Positions 36,958 to 46,642 of a stretch of 64,000 bases of DNA are shown piece after piece. The notes beneath the pieces are model-generated. The model saw only the letters and a list, made by a program, of their open reading frames with translations, was not told where the DNA came from and did no database searches. Position 1 is the stretch's first letter; each line of letters begins with the position of its first letter. The DNA comes from a virus. Location of the stretch: positions 11,829-75,828 of IMG/VR virus record IMGVR_UViG_3300017763_004709; one strand, given 5' to 3'. The translations under genes and the position numbers were made by a program.

Positions 36958-38025
36958 ATGGAATATTTCAATAAAACTAGTGAAGACTGGCGTATTTCTC
37001 AATGCTGTCAGTTCCATGATAAAGCAAAAGCTAAATCTTACAATTTTGGAACTACTACTAAAACTTATGCTCTAAAAGAGGGCGGAAAAGAAAGAGTGCA
37101 ACAAAAAGCTTTACATAATTGTAATCAGCTTTTATCTGTGCTAAAAAATCATTTCCCTACACAACCTAAAAATCTAAGAGCTTGGAGAATATCTTCAGAG
37201 CTTTTTCCTTGCTACACTTTAGATTTTACTAAGCCTTGGTACGAAGAAATTTGGGATGACATTTGTGCTATACTAGAAGAATGCGGTAGACTAGCAAAAA
37301 AACATGAAGTAAGACTCAGTGTGCATCCTGGACAGTATACTGTTCTAGCGTCTAACAAAGCTGAGGTAGTAGAAAACTCTATTAAAGATTTAGAGTATCA
37401 TGCTCTATATGGTAGTTTGATGGGATTACCCGCTAAAGACTTTGTAATGAATATTCATCTTCAGGGTCTATATGGAGGAAAGCACGAAGACGGCATAAAG
37501 CGTTTTGCTACTAATTTTCATTACCTATCTGACTACGCCCAACAGTGTCTTACTGTAGAAAATGAAGATAAACCTAATGGTTATGATATAAGACATACTA
37601 TAGAGCTATCTAAGCGTGTACCTATTCGCTGTTGTTTAGACACTCACCATTATGCATGCCATAGAATGAGAGAGTCGGAAAAAGTTGTACTAGAAGGCAA
37701 AACTGTTAATAGGAAGATTAGGGATGTAGAACATATTACTTATACCCATGAGTACTTTGCAGAGGCTGTAGTATCTTGGAAAGGGGTTAGACCTTTATTT
37801 CACGTGTCTCAATCTTTCCCTCCAGAAAATTCTGCCTATTGGATGAAGCCTAATGCTCACTCAGAAGTATTCTGGGATGAAGAACTTATGGCAAATCATG
37901 TGCCTATGTTACAGTATGCAGACTTTGATATAGAAGCTAAACATAAAGAAGTAGCCGTACTAGGTTTTTACAATTTTATAAAAGAAGAAGAAGAGCTAGC
38001 AGGAGAGCCCTTAGTAGCAATATGA
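36958..38025 (+). CDS. uvsE: UV-damage endonuclease
   Basis: RISSELFP, RLSVHPGQY..L.S, NIH, L.VENED, D.HH, HS, EAK.KE. Confidence 0.88.
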   Translation: MEYFNKTSEDWRISQCCQFHDKAKAKSYNFGTTTKTYALKEGGKERVQQKALHNCNQLLSVLKNHFPTQPKNLRAWRISSELFPCYTLDFTKPWYEEIWDDICAILEECGRLAKKHEVRLSVHPGQYTVLASNKAEVVENSIKDLEYHALYGSLMGLPAKDFVMNIHLQGLYGGKHEDGIKRFATNFHYLSDYAQQCLTVENEDKPNGYDIRHTIELSKRVPIRCCLDTHHYACHRMRESEKVVLEGKTVNRKIRDVEHITYTHEYFAEAVVSWKGVRPLFHVSQSFPPENSAYWMKPNAHSEVFWDEELMANHVPMLQYADFDIEAKHKEVAVLGFYNFIKEEEELAGEPLVAI

Positions 38026-38294
38026 TAGATTATAAATTTAATGAAGATCAATATATAAAAGAATTTAAAAAGTATGTTGATTCCACTTATAACCAACACT
38101 ATTCTAATAATAAATTTCAATCTACTGAAGTAATTATTGATAGAGGTCATGGAACAGGTTTCTGTATGGGAAGTATAGATAAATACTCTAATAGGTATGG
38201 TAAGAAGGGCACTGTAGAAGATGCTCGTAAAGATTTAATGAAGATATTACACTATACTCTACTTCAGCTGTATATACACGATAGTAACTATTAG
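38022..38294 (+). CDS. DUF3310-like phage protein
   Basis: HY, GFC.G...KY..RYGKK, DL.K..HY. Confidence 0.7.
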   Translation: MIDYKFNEDQYIKEFKKYVDSTYNQHYSNNKFQSTEVIIDRGHGTGFCMGSIDKYSNRYGKKGTVEDARKDLMKILHYTLLQLYIHDSNY

Positions 38295-38305
38295 AGGAGT
38301 TATTA

Positions 38306-38701
38306 ATGACTAAATATTTATTTAGGAACCCAGAAGTTCCTGGGCAAATTGAACGAGAAATAATTGCTAGAAATCTAGTAAGAAATTTAGAGAAACTAGG
38401 TAAGTTTCAAATAGAGCAATTATCTGGGGAAAGCTGGACACATTTAAAAATACATGCCCCTGATAATTTACTTAAAATATTTAAAGGAATAAAAAGTACT
38501 AAATATAAACCTATTATAAAAGGTAAACACGTATTTATGTATATAGATAGTAATGTTACGTCATTAGACGTGAGAATGTTTATAGGAGAGTTAATAGCGT
38601 GTATAAATACTAAGAATAATAAATTATCTCATAGAATTAGAAGAAAAATAGGAATTTTTCTATTTAATTTAGCAAAACTAATATATAAACCTAAAAAATA
38701 A
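38306..38701 (+). CDS. hypothetical protein
   Basis: ORF with GAGGAG SD. Confidence 0.6.
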   Translation: MTKYLFRNPEVPGQIEREIIARNLVRNLEKLGKFQIEQLSGESWTHLKIHAPDNLLKIFKGIKSTKYKPIIKGKHVFMYIDSNVTSLDVRMFIGELIACINTKNNKLSHRIRRKIGIFLFNLAKLIYKPKK

Positions 38702-38710
38702 GGAATAACT

Positions 38711-38980
38711 ATGTCAGAAGATAAAGATGTCAAAAAACCTATAAAAGCTATTAACCCAGAAGATGTAGCAGAACAGTTAGATATTATTGTATCTTTCTTA
38801 GGCGCAATAGAAAGCTCCAGAGACGAAATTAATAAAAGAGTAAAGCATTTAAAAGAAGAATACGGATTACAATCCACAGCTGTTAGAGCTGCTGCGACTG
38901 TTCTACATAAGCAAAATCAAGAACAGTTAGATGAAAAAGAGTCTCAAATTAGAAACATTTTAGATATTTGTAAAGGTTAG
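38711..38980 (+). CDS. small helical DNA-binding protein (T4 DsbA-like)
   Basis: I......I......LKEEYG.......A...HKQ pattern. Confidence 0.5.
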   Translation: MSEDKDVKKPIKAINPEDVAEQLDIIVSFLGAIESSRDEINKRVKHLKEEYGLQSTAVRAAATVLHKQNQEQLDEKESQIRNILDICKG

Positions 38981-38983
38981 AAT

Positions 38984-39793
38984 ATGTCTAGCATAGTACT
39001 GGTTACTGGAGGTTTTGACCCTCTTCATTCTGGCCATATAGCTTACTTTAAAGAAGCTAAAAGGTTAGGACAAAAATTAGTGGTCGGACTAAATAGTGAT
39101 GATTGGCTAACAAGAAAAAAAGGTAGACCCTTTATGAGCTGGTCTGAAAGAGCTGAGATACTTGAAAATATAAGCTGTATTGACAGAGTTATTAAATTTA
39201 ATGACTTAGACGATACTGCTAATGACGCTATATATAAAACTTTAAAAATGTCTCCTGATAGTAGAATAATTTTTGCTAATGGAGGAGATAGATCTATAGG
39301 TAATACTCCTGAAGAAAAAACTTATGGAGGAGTACCTTGGGTTAGGTTTGAATGGGGAATAGGAGGAGAGAATAAAGTAAATAGTTCTTCTTGGATTCTA
39401 GACAAATGGAAAACTCAAAAAACAGAAAGAGATTGGGGGTACTGGAGAGTTTTAGATGATAAACAACCAGCATTACCTCAAAAGATAAAAGAGCTAGTTA
39501 TTTATCCTAATTGTAGCTTATCTGATCAAAAACATTTAGATCGCTCAGAACATTGGTATGTATTAGAGGGAGATTTACAAATAGAACTAGAATATCCAGA
39601 TGCTACTTGGAAAACAATGATTCTTAGCCCTCATACTACTTTTGTTATACCTACTAATACTTGGCATAAAACTACCAATATTGGTAGTTTTAACGCTCAT
39701 GTTCTTGAAGTACAATACGGAACTAAATGTATTGAGTCAGACATTGAGCGAAGGCAGATACTTAATGAAAAGAATAAACGAGACGACATATAA
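38984..39793 (+). CDS. nucleotidyltransferase fused to mannose-6-phosphate isomerase-type cupin
   Basis: TGGFDPLHSGH, FANGGDR, K.NSSS; R.WG, LS.Q.H..RSEHW, H, EVQYG. Confidence 0.88.
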   Translation: MSSIVLVTGGFDPLHSGHIAYFKEAKRLGQKLVVGLNSDDWLTRKKGRPFMSWSERAEILENISCIDRVIKFNDLDDTANDAIYKTLKMSPDSRIIFANGGDRSIGNTPEEKTYGGVPWVRFEWGIGGENKVNSSSWILDKWKTQKTERDWGYWRVLDDKQPALPQKIKELVIYPNCSLSDQKHLDRSEHWYVLEGDLQIELEYPDATWKTMILSPHTTFVIPTNTWHKTTNIGSFNAHVLEVQYGTKCIESDIERRQILNEKNKRDDI

Positions 39794-40259
39794 TCAGTCT
39801 ACCTATCCTACAGAGGTAGAAAACTTAATAATAGAACATCTAGATAAGACAGATAAATTAATATTCAGCTGGGGAAGAGATAGTTCTACTTTTTGGCTAG
39901 CTAGACGATGTACTTCTATGTGTGTAGTAGAACATGATCTTGCATCCTTTAATGCAACAAAAGACTTTTTATCTTTCAAAAACATTAATAATATAAAGAC
40001 TAAGTATTCAAAAGAAAACTATGTAGATAGTATCAAAGAGTATCCAAGTAATATATTTGATACTATCATTATAGATGAGCATGAAAAAGAAAAGTGTTTT
40101 GTGTCTGCAATATCAGAAGCTAGATCAGGAGGTATTATAATAGCTCCTTATCTCAATATAGATTTATTAGAAGAATACTCTAACAGAGTTAAAAGCTACT
40201 CATCTTTCTCAGGAAAAGGGTATATAAATGAAGAAACGGTTATTATCCGGAAAAAATAA
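39765..40259 (+). CDS. SAM-dependent methyltransferase-like protein (divergent)
   Basis: WG...ST.W, VEHD, FD.IIID, SGGII. Confidence 0.65.
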   Translation: MKRINETTYNQSTYPTEVENLIIEHLDKTDKLIFSWGRDSSTFWLARRCTSMCVVEHDLASFNATKDFLSFKNINNIKTKYSKENYVDSIKEYPSNIFDTIIIDEHEKEKCFVSAISEARSGGIIIAPYLNIDLLEEYSNRVKSYSSFSGKGYINEETVIIRKK

Positions 40260-40635
40260 AACTATTCCTTTTATACCTTTTTATATAAGAAGAGCAGGAG
40301 GATGGGTAATACCTACTGCTTATGATATATTTACAGATAAAAAAAGTTTAATCATTTTTTTAAAAGGTGCATATATAGATAGTAAATTATTAGTTCATTA
40401 TGATGATTCTGATTTAATATCAAATTATAATAATACTTATTGTTGTTGTCCTAATGACTCTTATGTAATGAATCAATGGGCTACCGACTTAAATATTAAA
40501 AATATAGATATGTTACCTGACGGTAATAAAGAGTTTTTTGACTATTTAGACTTACTAGAAAAAGAAACTCCTATACGCCAAAAGGTAGAAATAAGTAATT
40601 CAGAAATAAAATATTTAGGAGATGTACGTGTCTAA
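40228..40635 (+). CDS. degenerate Prx5-like redoxin lacking the peroxidatic motif
   Basis: KGAYID in place of PGAFTPTC; NDSYVM.QW, LPDGN.EF. Confidence 0.6.
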   Translation: MKKRLLSGKNKTIPFIPFYIRRAGGWVIPTAYDIFTDKKSLIIFLKGAYIDSKLLVHYDDSDLISNYNNTYCCCPNDSYVMNQWATDLNIKNIDMLPDGNKEFFDYLDLLEKETPIRQKVEISNSEIKYLGDVRV

Positions 40636-40888
40636 AGTTATAGTTTATTCTTTACCTAGCTGTATAGCATCTAATGATTTTATTATATACTGTAAGAGTA
40701 AGGTACGTGACTTAGAAACCTATGTAGTAAAAGACTCTTCGTGGCCTCAGATTAGGCATGATGTAACTATAGACTCTTTAGAAAGTAAGTATAATAGAAA
40801 ATTTTTTAGTTATCCTATTATATATATAAACAATCAATATGTAAATTCAATACAAGAAGCAAAGAAGATTATAACAAAAGGACTATAA
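40622..40888 (+). CDS. glutaredoxin-like protein (CxxS)
   Basis: IVYS.PSCIAS, SYPIIYIN..YV. Confidence 0.55.
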   Translation: MYVSKVIVYSLPSCIASNDFIIYCKSKVRDLETYVVKDSSWPQIRHDVTIDSLESKYNRKFFSYPIIYINNQYVNSIQEAKKIITKGL

Positions 40889-40889
40889 T

Positions 40890-41117
40890 ATGGATATACT
40901 TATATACTCTAAAACAAATTGTAACTTTTGTGTGAAGGCAAAAAATTTATTAAATGTAAAAAATCTAGAATTCACTGAGAAGGTACTAGATAAAGACTTC
41001 ACTAAAGAACAATTATTAGAGATACTACCTAATGTAAAAACCTTGCCACAAATACAAATAAATGGCAAGCATATAGGCGGTTATAGAGAATTAGAAAGCT
41101 ATTTAAATACTAATTAA
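40890..41117 (+). CDS. glutaredoxin
   Basis: CNFC, TLPQI, HIGGY. Confidence 0.93.
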   Translation: MDILIYSKTNCNFCVKAKNLLNVKNLEFTEKVLDKDFTKEQLLEILPNVKTLPQIQINGKHIGGYRELESYLNTN

Positions 41118-41165
41118 TGTAACTTATTAGTTGCTTAATAGTTTATATTTAATTATTATTGTATA

Positions 41166-41516
41166 ATGGAAAATTTATTTAGCGCTTTTATACTATTGTT
41201 TTTTGTTATACTTCCTTTGGTAGCTATATTCAGCTTTACATCAAAGGTAACAAGTGGTATATATTACTGGGCAGATTCTCAGCACCCACAAGAAACCTAC
41301 GATTACACAGAACAGCGGGCATTCCCAAAAACTACTACACCCCTTATTAAGGATTCTCCTCTAGTATTGAAATACCCATTAGCAAAATCAGATAAAAATA
41401 AAATGGAAGATTATTTAGGGTACTCACTAGAATATGAAGATTCTAGTGAATTCAAAAACTTTTTAGATAATAATGACTTTGATGTTAGGGAGCATTTAAA
41501 AGTTAAAAAAGGATGA
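41166..41516 (+). CDS. membrane-anchored hypothetical protein
   Basis: N-terminal TM helix; candidate leaderless gene. Confidence 0.6.
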   Translation: MENLFSAFILLFFVILPLVAIFSFTSKVTSGIYYWADSQHPQETYDYTEQRAFPKTTTPLIKDSPLVLKYPLAKSDKNKMEDYLGYSLEYEDSSEFKNFLDNNDFDVREHLKVKKG

Positions 41517-41520
41517 TTTT

Positions 41521-41730
41521 ATGTACAATAAAGAATTTAAACTAGATATAAGAGACATAGAAATAATTGAACAAGCTCTAGAAGCTAAAGTAGCTCGTAG
41601 GGCTGCTTCTTTATTGATCGACTCCGACTCAAAAAAACAGTTAGAACTAAGAGAGATAAGAGAGTTATTAGGAAGAATTTCTTATCAAAAGAACTGGTAC
41701 AGACCTAAAAAAGGATATATAAGTGGATGA
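41521..41730 (+). CDS. hypothetical protein
   Basis: F.L.I.DI.IIE.AL...LLGRI..QK.WYRPK. Confidence 0.7.
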   Translation: MYNKEFKLDIRDIEIIEQALEAKVARRAASLLIDSDSKKQLELREIRELLGRISYQKNWYRPKKGYISG

Positions 41731-41867
41731 GTATATATGTTAAAACAGGTTTCTATATTATATGTCTTACCTTTTCTATTATAGCTACTCAGCAGATGCT
41801 AACTTTTAGCGGAGAGGCTTTTAACGTCTTAACCTCTATAGGGCAAGAACTAGATAAATTACCTTGA
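41727..41867 (+). CDS. 46-aa membrane peptide (absent from ORF track)
   Basis: ATGA-coupled; hydrophobic N-terminal half. Confidence 0.45.
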   Translation: MSIYVKTGFYIICLTFSIIATQQMLTFSGEAFNVLTSIGQELDKLP

Positions 41868-41892
41868 CAATTATTAATAATTAAGATATAGT
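41864..41892 (+). promoter_or_regulatory. sigma70-type promoter
   Basis: TTGACA-17-TATAGT. Confidence 0.75.
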
Positions 41893-41915
41893 AAGTATAT
41901 ACAAGAAAGGTTACT

Positions 41916-43655
41916 ATGAAACAAGATTATAATTCTCTGCTAAATACAGTTAAGCATCATTCTAAACTGTATTATGACGATAACGCCCCTATATTATCTG
42001 ACTATGAATATGATCAGCTATATGACAGACTGAGTTCTATAGAGCTTAGACAAGGATGGGCAGACTCGTCTAGCCCTACAGTAAGAGTAGGAAACTCTAA
42101 AGGTAAAATTAAGCACCCTTTCCCTTTATACTCTTTAAAAAAAGTATATGAACAAGATGAAATAGATCCCGAATTTATAATTGAGACTATAAAAATCGAT
42201 GGAACTAACCTGTCTGTAACTTACGATGAAAAAGGTAATTTACTTCATGCACTTACTAGAGGTGATGGAGAGTTTGGTGAAAATGTAACTCATCTAGTAG
42301 ATTATATTGCTTCTATACCTCTTACTGTTCCTGCACAAAACAAAATAATTACTGTTATAGGAGAAGTAGTAACTGATAAAGAAAACGTACAAAACTTTAG
42401 AAACTTTGTAAGCGGTTCTCTCGGTATAAAAAACGCTGAGGAGATTATAGATAGATCTTTACGTTTTATAGTTCATGACGTTGCAGGTATAGAAGAAGAT
42501 TATTCTATAAGAGTTAAGAGTCTTCACAGTTTCGGGTTTGTATCTACTTTCAATTGGGATTGCTCTTCTTATCCTAGTGATGGTATTGTTTATCGAGTAG
42601 ACTCCTATAAAAGAGAAAAATTATTAGGAACAACCTCTAAATATCCTAGATATGCTGTAGCCTTAAAAACTAGAGGGGCTATGACAGCAGTAACTACCAT
42701 TCAAGATATTTTTTGGAGTATTGGTAGAACAGGAGTTGTTACTCCTGTAGCAGTAGTAGATCCTGTAAATATTGACGATGCTACTATATCTAGAGTAATA
42801 CTTCATAATATTGACTTCATAGAACAACACGAGCTTGGACTGGGAGATGAAATACTTATTGAAAGACAAATTACTCCACAATTCGTAAAGGTGCTATCTA
42901 AATCTAAATTTGCTAGATTCTGTGTAGCAGATGCAGAAAAAAAACTAGGGCTAAAACTATATAGAGAAGGTCCTAAACTTTTTACTTCTGCTAAAGACGG
43001 TAACAAATCTGTAGAGTATTTTGTTAAACAGCTAGGCATTAAAGGCTTAGGCCCTGCATGGATTCAAAAATTAGATTTAACTCATCCTAATGACTTATTT
43101 AAGGAAGAAGTTCCTTGGGAACATATGGGTAAAAACGGTGAAAAAGTATTAGAAGAGCTATCTAGACCTAAAGAGTACTACTCTGTATTAGGAGCTTTAG
43201 GCATACCTGGAGTGGGCAAAAATACTGCTAAGCGTATTACTCAAAAAATACCTTCCTTTGATAGATTAAGAGAAATAGAGTATGAAGATATTAACGGAAT
43301 AGGGCCTAAAACAGTTGATAGCATACTGGCCTGGTTAGATGTTAATGAGTCCTGGGTTAAGAGCTTACCTTATTCTCTAACGGCTTCTACTTTTGTAGAA
43401 GAGGCTACTAATAACTTAACAGTAGCTGTATCAGGTAAGCTAGACATGACAAAGCAAGATTTATCAGATCATTTACAAGATCTTAATATAGTGCTCAAAG
43501 ATAGAGTAACTAAAGATATAGATTATTTAATTAGCTCTGGAGAAGAAACTTCTAAAGTAGCTAAAGCTAGACAGTATAATATTCCTATTATAAATTACTG
43601 GCAGAATAAAAAATACATCTTAAGAGGAGAGCTAACTCATGGCGGAAGTTATTGA
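41916..43655 (+). CDS. ligA: NAD-dependent DNA ligase
   Basis: YY...P..SD.EYD, KIDG, TRGDG, DGIV, GRTG..TPVA, HhH repeats, BRCT. Confidence 0.95.
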   Translation: MKQDYNSLLNTVKHHSKLYYDDNAPILSDYEYDQLYDRLSSIELRQGWADSSSPTVRVGNSKGKIKHPFPLYSLKKVYEQDEIDPEFIIETIKIDGTNLSVTYDEKGNLLHALTRGDGEFGENVTHLVDYIASIPLTVPAQNKIITVIGEVVTDKENVQNFRNFVSGSLGIKNAEEIIDRSLRFIVHDVAGIEEDYSIRVKSLHSFGFVSTFNWDCSSYPSDGIVYRVDSYKREKLLGTTSKYPRYAVALKTRGAMTAVTTIQDIFWSIGRTGVVTPVAVVDPVNIDDATISRVILHNIDFIEQHELGLGDEILIERQITPQFVKVLSKSKFARFCVADAEKKLGLKLYREGPKLFTSAKDGNKSVEYFVKQLGIKGLGPAWIQKLDLTHPNDLFKEEVPWEHMGKNGEKVLEELSRPKEYYSVLGALGIPGVGKNTAKRITQKIPSFDRLREIEYEDINGIGPKTVDSILAWLDVNESWVKSLPYSLTASTFVEEATNNLTVAVSGKLDMTKQDLSDHLQDLNIVLKDRVTKDIDYLISSGEETSKVAKARQYNIPIINYWQNKKYILRGELTHGGSY

Positions 43656-43977
43656 TTTTTTACAGAGATCTAAACAAATAAAGCAATCTTATATAGACGA
43701 AGATATAGATATAGAAGATGCTAAGGTAATAAGTAAAGACATATTTTATGAAACCTTAATGACTTTAGAGGAGTTAGGCTATTCTCCTAACCAAAATTCT
43801 CAGTTATTAAAAGATTTAGAAGCTTTATGTTTTATATCTTGTGCTATGATATTTAGAGCGCATAACAATAAACATCCTGCTAATAGACTACTAGATGCAG
43901 CTTTTAAAGACTTAGAAAATACTATAGAAGTTGTGGGAGAATCTTTACATGCCGAAAATGATAATAAGATTCAGTGA
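43639..43977 (+). CDS. hypothetical protein
   Basis: ORF with GAGGAG SD. Confidence 0.65.
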   Translation: MAEVIDFLQRSKQIKQSYIDEDIDIEDAKVISKDIFYETLMTLEELGYSPNQNSQLLKDLEALCFISCAMIFRAHNNKHPANRLLDAAFKDLENTIEVVGESLHAENDNKIQ

Positions 43978-44218
43978 TTCTGGATTAACTAAGCAAGAAG
44001 CTAAAGAATTTGCGACTGAGCATAATGCAGATCTATCTGCGTATCGTAATGATAGTAAATCTAAACAATCTTTTCTTGACTTAACACTAGAAGACCATTA
44101 TTATGGTAACGAAGTTTTAGAAATGTATAGTGATCAGGCGCAAGGTTATCTTCAGTTTGATGACGGTACCGTTAGTAGACACTTTATAAGACGAGAAAGA
44201 AATTTTACTGAAGATTAG
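43949..44218 (+). CDS. hypothetical protein
   Basis: ORF; start MPKMII after GGAG. Confidence 0.6.
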   Translation: MPKMIIRFSDSGLTKQEAKEFATEHNADLSAYRNDSKSKQSFLDLTLEDHYYGNEVLEMYSDQAQGYLQFDDGTVSRHFIRRERNFTED

Positions 44219-44227
44219 TACAAAAGG

Positions 44228-44506
44228 ATGAACAATATGTATAATTTAATTAAAAACTTAACTACTAAAGAAGAAGTTAAAAAAGTATTAAGAGCAAATG
44301 ATGCTGGAGCCTCTTTAGAAAAAAGCTTAACTGATAGGTGGTTAGCAGAAAAAGAAGCAGCAGATATTGCAGCAGAGCAAAAAACTATTGCCCCCACACA
44401 GAATGTAGTAAAAAAAGCTACATTAGCTGCAGATAAATTGGTAACTACTAAGGTTTCTGAGAGTATTACAGAGTATAAAATGCCTAAAGAAACTGACCCC
44501 GAATAA
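44228..44506 (+). CDS. hypothetical protein
   Basis: ORF. Confidence 0.6.
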   Translation: MNNMYNLIKNLTTKEEVKKVLRANDAGASLEKSLTDRWLAEKEAADIAAEQKTIAPTQNVVKKATLAADKLVTTKVSESITEYKMPKETDPE

Positions 44507-44527
44507 CTTACTAATTTAACTTTTTTA

Positions 44528-44680
44528 TTTACATAAACTTATTTATTTGATATATTTATTATAGTTTCTTTTAGTGTTGTCTTCGGAGACCTAAAACAAA
44601 CTACTAGCCCTATAGGGCAACAAGCAGTAATAAACAAGAATACTGCTATTATAATCTTGCTTATTAAAAGGAGAAAATTA
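44528..44680 (+). promoter_or_regulatory. promoter plus ROSE-like RNA thermometer leader
   Basis: TTTACA-17-TATATT; multi-hairpin leader; UCUUGCU (44655-61) pairs with SD AGGAGA (44669-74) with bulged G. Confidence 0.6.
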
Positions 44681-44902
44681 ATGATGAGTTCGTATATAAC
44701 AGATTGGGGAATTGATTCCCTTCAAAATACAAAAAAATACTATGTAGATGCATTAGTAAAGGAAGAGTCTTTATCAAAACCTTTACACTCATTTATAGAC
44801 GCCCAAACAGAGTTTACTAAATCTGCATTTAAGTCTGTAGACTTATTTGTTCAAGCTTTAGGAGAGTCAGCACAAAGTTTTGCTAAAGGAGGTCTAAAAT
44901 GA
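44681..44902 (+). CDS. small amphipathic helical protein coupled to hsp20
   Basis: ID..Q..KK..V....FIDAQT.F.K; ATGA overlap. Confidence 0.65.
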   Translation: MMSSYITDWGIDSLQNTKKYYVDALVKEESLSKPLHSFIDAQTEFTKSAFKSVDLFVQALGESAQSFAKGGLK

Positions 44903-45333
44903 ATATGAGAAATGCTTCTTTATTAGATATCAATAAATTTACCCCCTATGCGGTAGGATTTGATCGTCTTTTCGATCAGATGAATAAGTATTTAGACAAC
45001 CAGGCACAAAGTACTGGGTATCCTCCGTATAATATAACTAATGTCAATAATCAATATACTATTGAGATAGCCTTAGCGGGAGTATCTAAAGAAGATATTG
45101 ATATGGTAGTCACTGATAATGTACTATCTATTTCGTATAAACCTGATCAAAGTGATAATAACGCCGATTCGTGGGTGTACAGAGGTATAGCTAATAGAGG
45201 ATTTACCCGTAAGTTTACTATTGCAGACGACATAGAAGTAAAAGACGCTCGTATGAGTAATGGATTACTTAGCGTGGTACTAGAAAGAATAGTTCCAGAC
45301 ACTAAAAAACCAAAAAAAATTGATATTTCGTAA
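44899..45333 (+). CDS. small heat shock protein (Hsp20/IbpA)
   Basis: VGFDRLF, YPPYNI, IEIALAG, YRGIA.R.F.R.F, NGLL. Confidence 0.95.
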   Translation: MNMRNASLLDINKFTPYAVGFDRLFDQMNKYLDNQAQSTGYPPYNITNVNNQYTIEIALAGVSKEDIDMVVTDNVLSISYKPDQSDNNADSWVYRGIANRGFTRKFTIADDIEVKDARMSNGLLSVVLERIVPDTKKPKKIDIS

Positions 45334-45347
45334 AAATAAATAACAAG

Positions 45348-45373
45348 TAAGGGTCCCTATTAGGGGGCCCTTA
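45348..45373 (+). terminator. GC-rich hairpin / terminator after hsp20
   Basis: TAAGGGTCCC/GGGGCCCTTA stem. Confidence 0.6.
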
Positions 45374-45397
45374 TCTATAACTTATAATGAGTATTCT

Positions 45398-45724
45398 ATG
45401 ATAAAAAAACACTTTTCAGACTTAGACAGATTAATGTTCACTAGAGAGAATAAGTATACTAAATCTTTTAATAAAGATAAAACTTCTTCTCCTATAATGT
45501 ATCAAGTACTTAAATTTATAGACTTAGAACATCCTAATATTAAAAAAATATTAAATTGGTGCTCAGAGAACTGTAAATTTAGATATGATATATGTCAGTG
45601 GCATTTAGGATATGATAATAATATATTTTTAAGATTCCACTCTAAGGAAGACTATAACAACTTTTATACTTTTTATGATTCTAACTTTTTTTCTAGAATA
45701 GACGTTAGAATAGGAGACAGATAA
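45398..45724 (+). CDS. hypothetical protein
   Basis: ORF. Confidence 0.55.
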   Translation: MIKKHFSDLDRLMFTRENKYTKSFNKDKTSSPIMYQVLKFIDLEHPNIKKILNWCSENCKFRYDICQWHLGYDNNIFLRFHSKEDYNNFYTFYDSNFFSRIDVRIGDR

Positions 45725-45725
45725 A

Positions 45726-46073
45726 TTGGAAACTAATATTGTTAACTCACAGCAAATGCTTCAAGGAAACTCTAGTATGCCTATGAATGAAGGTGATAAG
45801 TCTGTACAAGGTAATTCAAAAAACATGCCTTTTAATCCTAATACTTTTCCTAATGCAGAAAATATCAGACCCCCAAATACAGAAGAAAGAAGAGTAGTAG
45901 AACCCTCTACTCGAGCAGCTGTTATATTGAAAAAGTTTCAAGAGCTGCAATATATGTGGAAAGATTATAACAGTAAACTAAACGATAGGAGTTACGCAGA
46001 AAAAGCCTATCTAAGAGAAGAGTATGCTTTAAAATTAAGCGGTCGAGAATCAACAGTAGATATTAGTGTGTAA
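45726..46073 (+). CDS. hypothetical protein
   Basis: TTG start with AGGAG SD. Confidence 0.55.
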   Translation: METNIVNSQQMLQGNSSMPMNEGDKSVQGNSKNMPFNPNTFPNAENIRPPNTEERRVVEPSTRAAVILKKFQELQYMWKDYNSKLNDRSYAEKAYLREEYALKLSGRESTVDISV

Positions 46074-46580
46074 ATGAAAATAATAAATTTTGAAAATAAA
46101 CAGTATCCTGCTTTTCAAGCTACTGGAAATGCAGCTAGATTTGCTATTCCTTTTGCTAAAGAGCTTATAGGATTAGACAAAGTAGGTTATGATATAGGGT
46201 GTATGAAAAAAGAATGGTCTTATCCAGGGTCTATAAATATAGACATAGATATAGACGACCCTTGGGACGCCTATAATTTACCTGATTTAGAAGTAGATTA
46301 TATATTTTCTTCTCACTGCTTAGAGCACTTGCCTGATTGGGTAGGAGCTTTAGACTATTGGAATTCTAAACTAAAAATAGGAGGAATTTTATTTTTGTAT
46401 CTACCTCATAAGAGTCAGAAATACTGGAATCCTTGGAACAATAGAAAACATTATCACATGTTTTCTTCTTCACAGTTTAATAAATATTTTAAAAGTAAAA
46501 GTAAAAACTGGACTAATACATTTGTAACAAAAGGTCATGATTTAAATAACAGCTTCTACTGTGTAGCAAAAAAATACTGA
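46074..46580 (+). CDS. class I SAM-dependent methyltransferase
   Basis: DIGC, DYIFSSHCLEH, LK.GG.LFLYLP. Confidence 0.88.
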   Translation: MKIINFENKQYPAFQATGNAARFAIPFAKELIGLDKVGYDIGCMKKEWSYPGSINIDIDIDDPWDAYNLPDLEVDYIFSSHCLEHLPDWVGALDYWNSKLKIGGILFLYLPHKSQKYWNPWNNRKHYHMFSSSQFNKYFKSKSKNWTNTFVTKGHDLNNSFYCVAKKY

Positions 46581-46642
46581 TAGTATTTGCATAGATACTT
46601 ATTAAATGTTAATATATAATATAGCATTTAATGAGGTAACTA

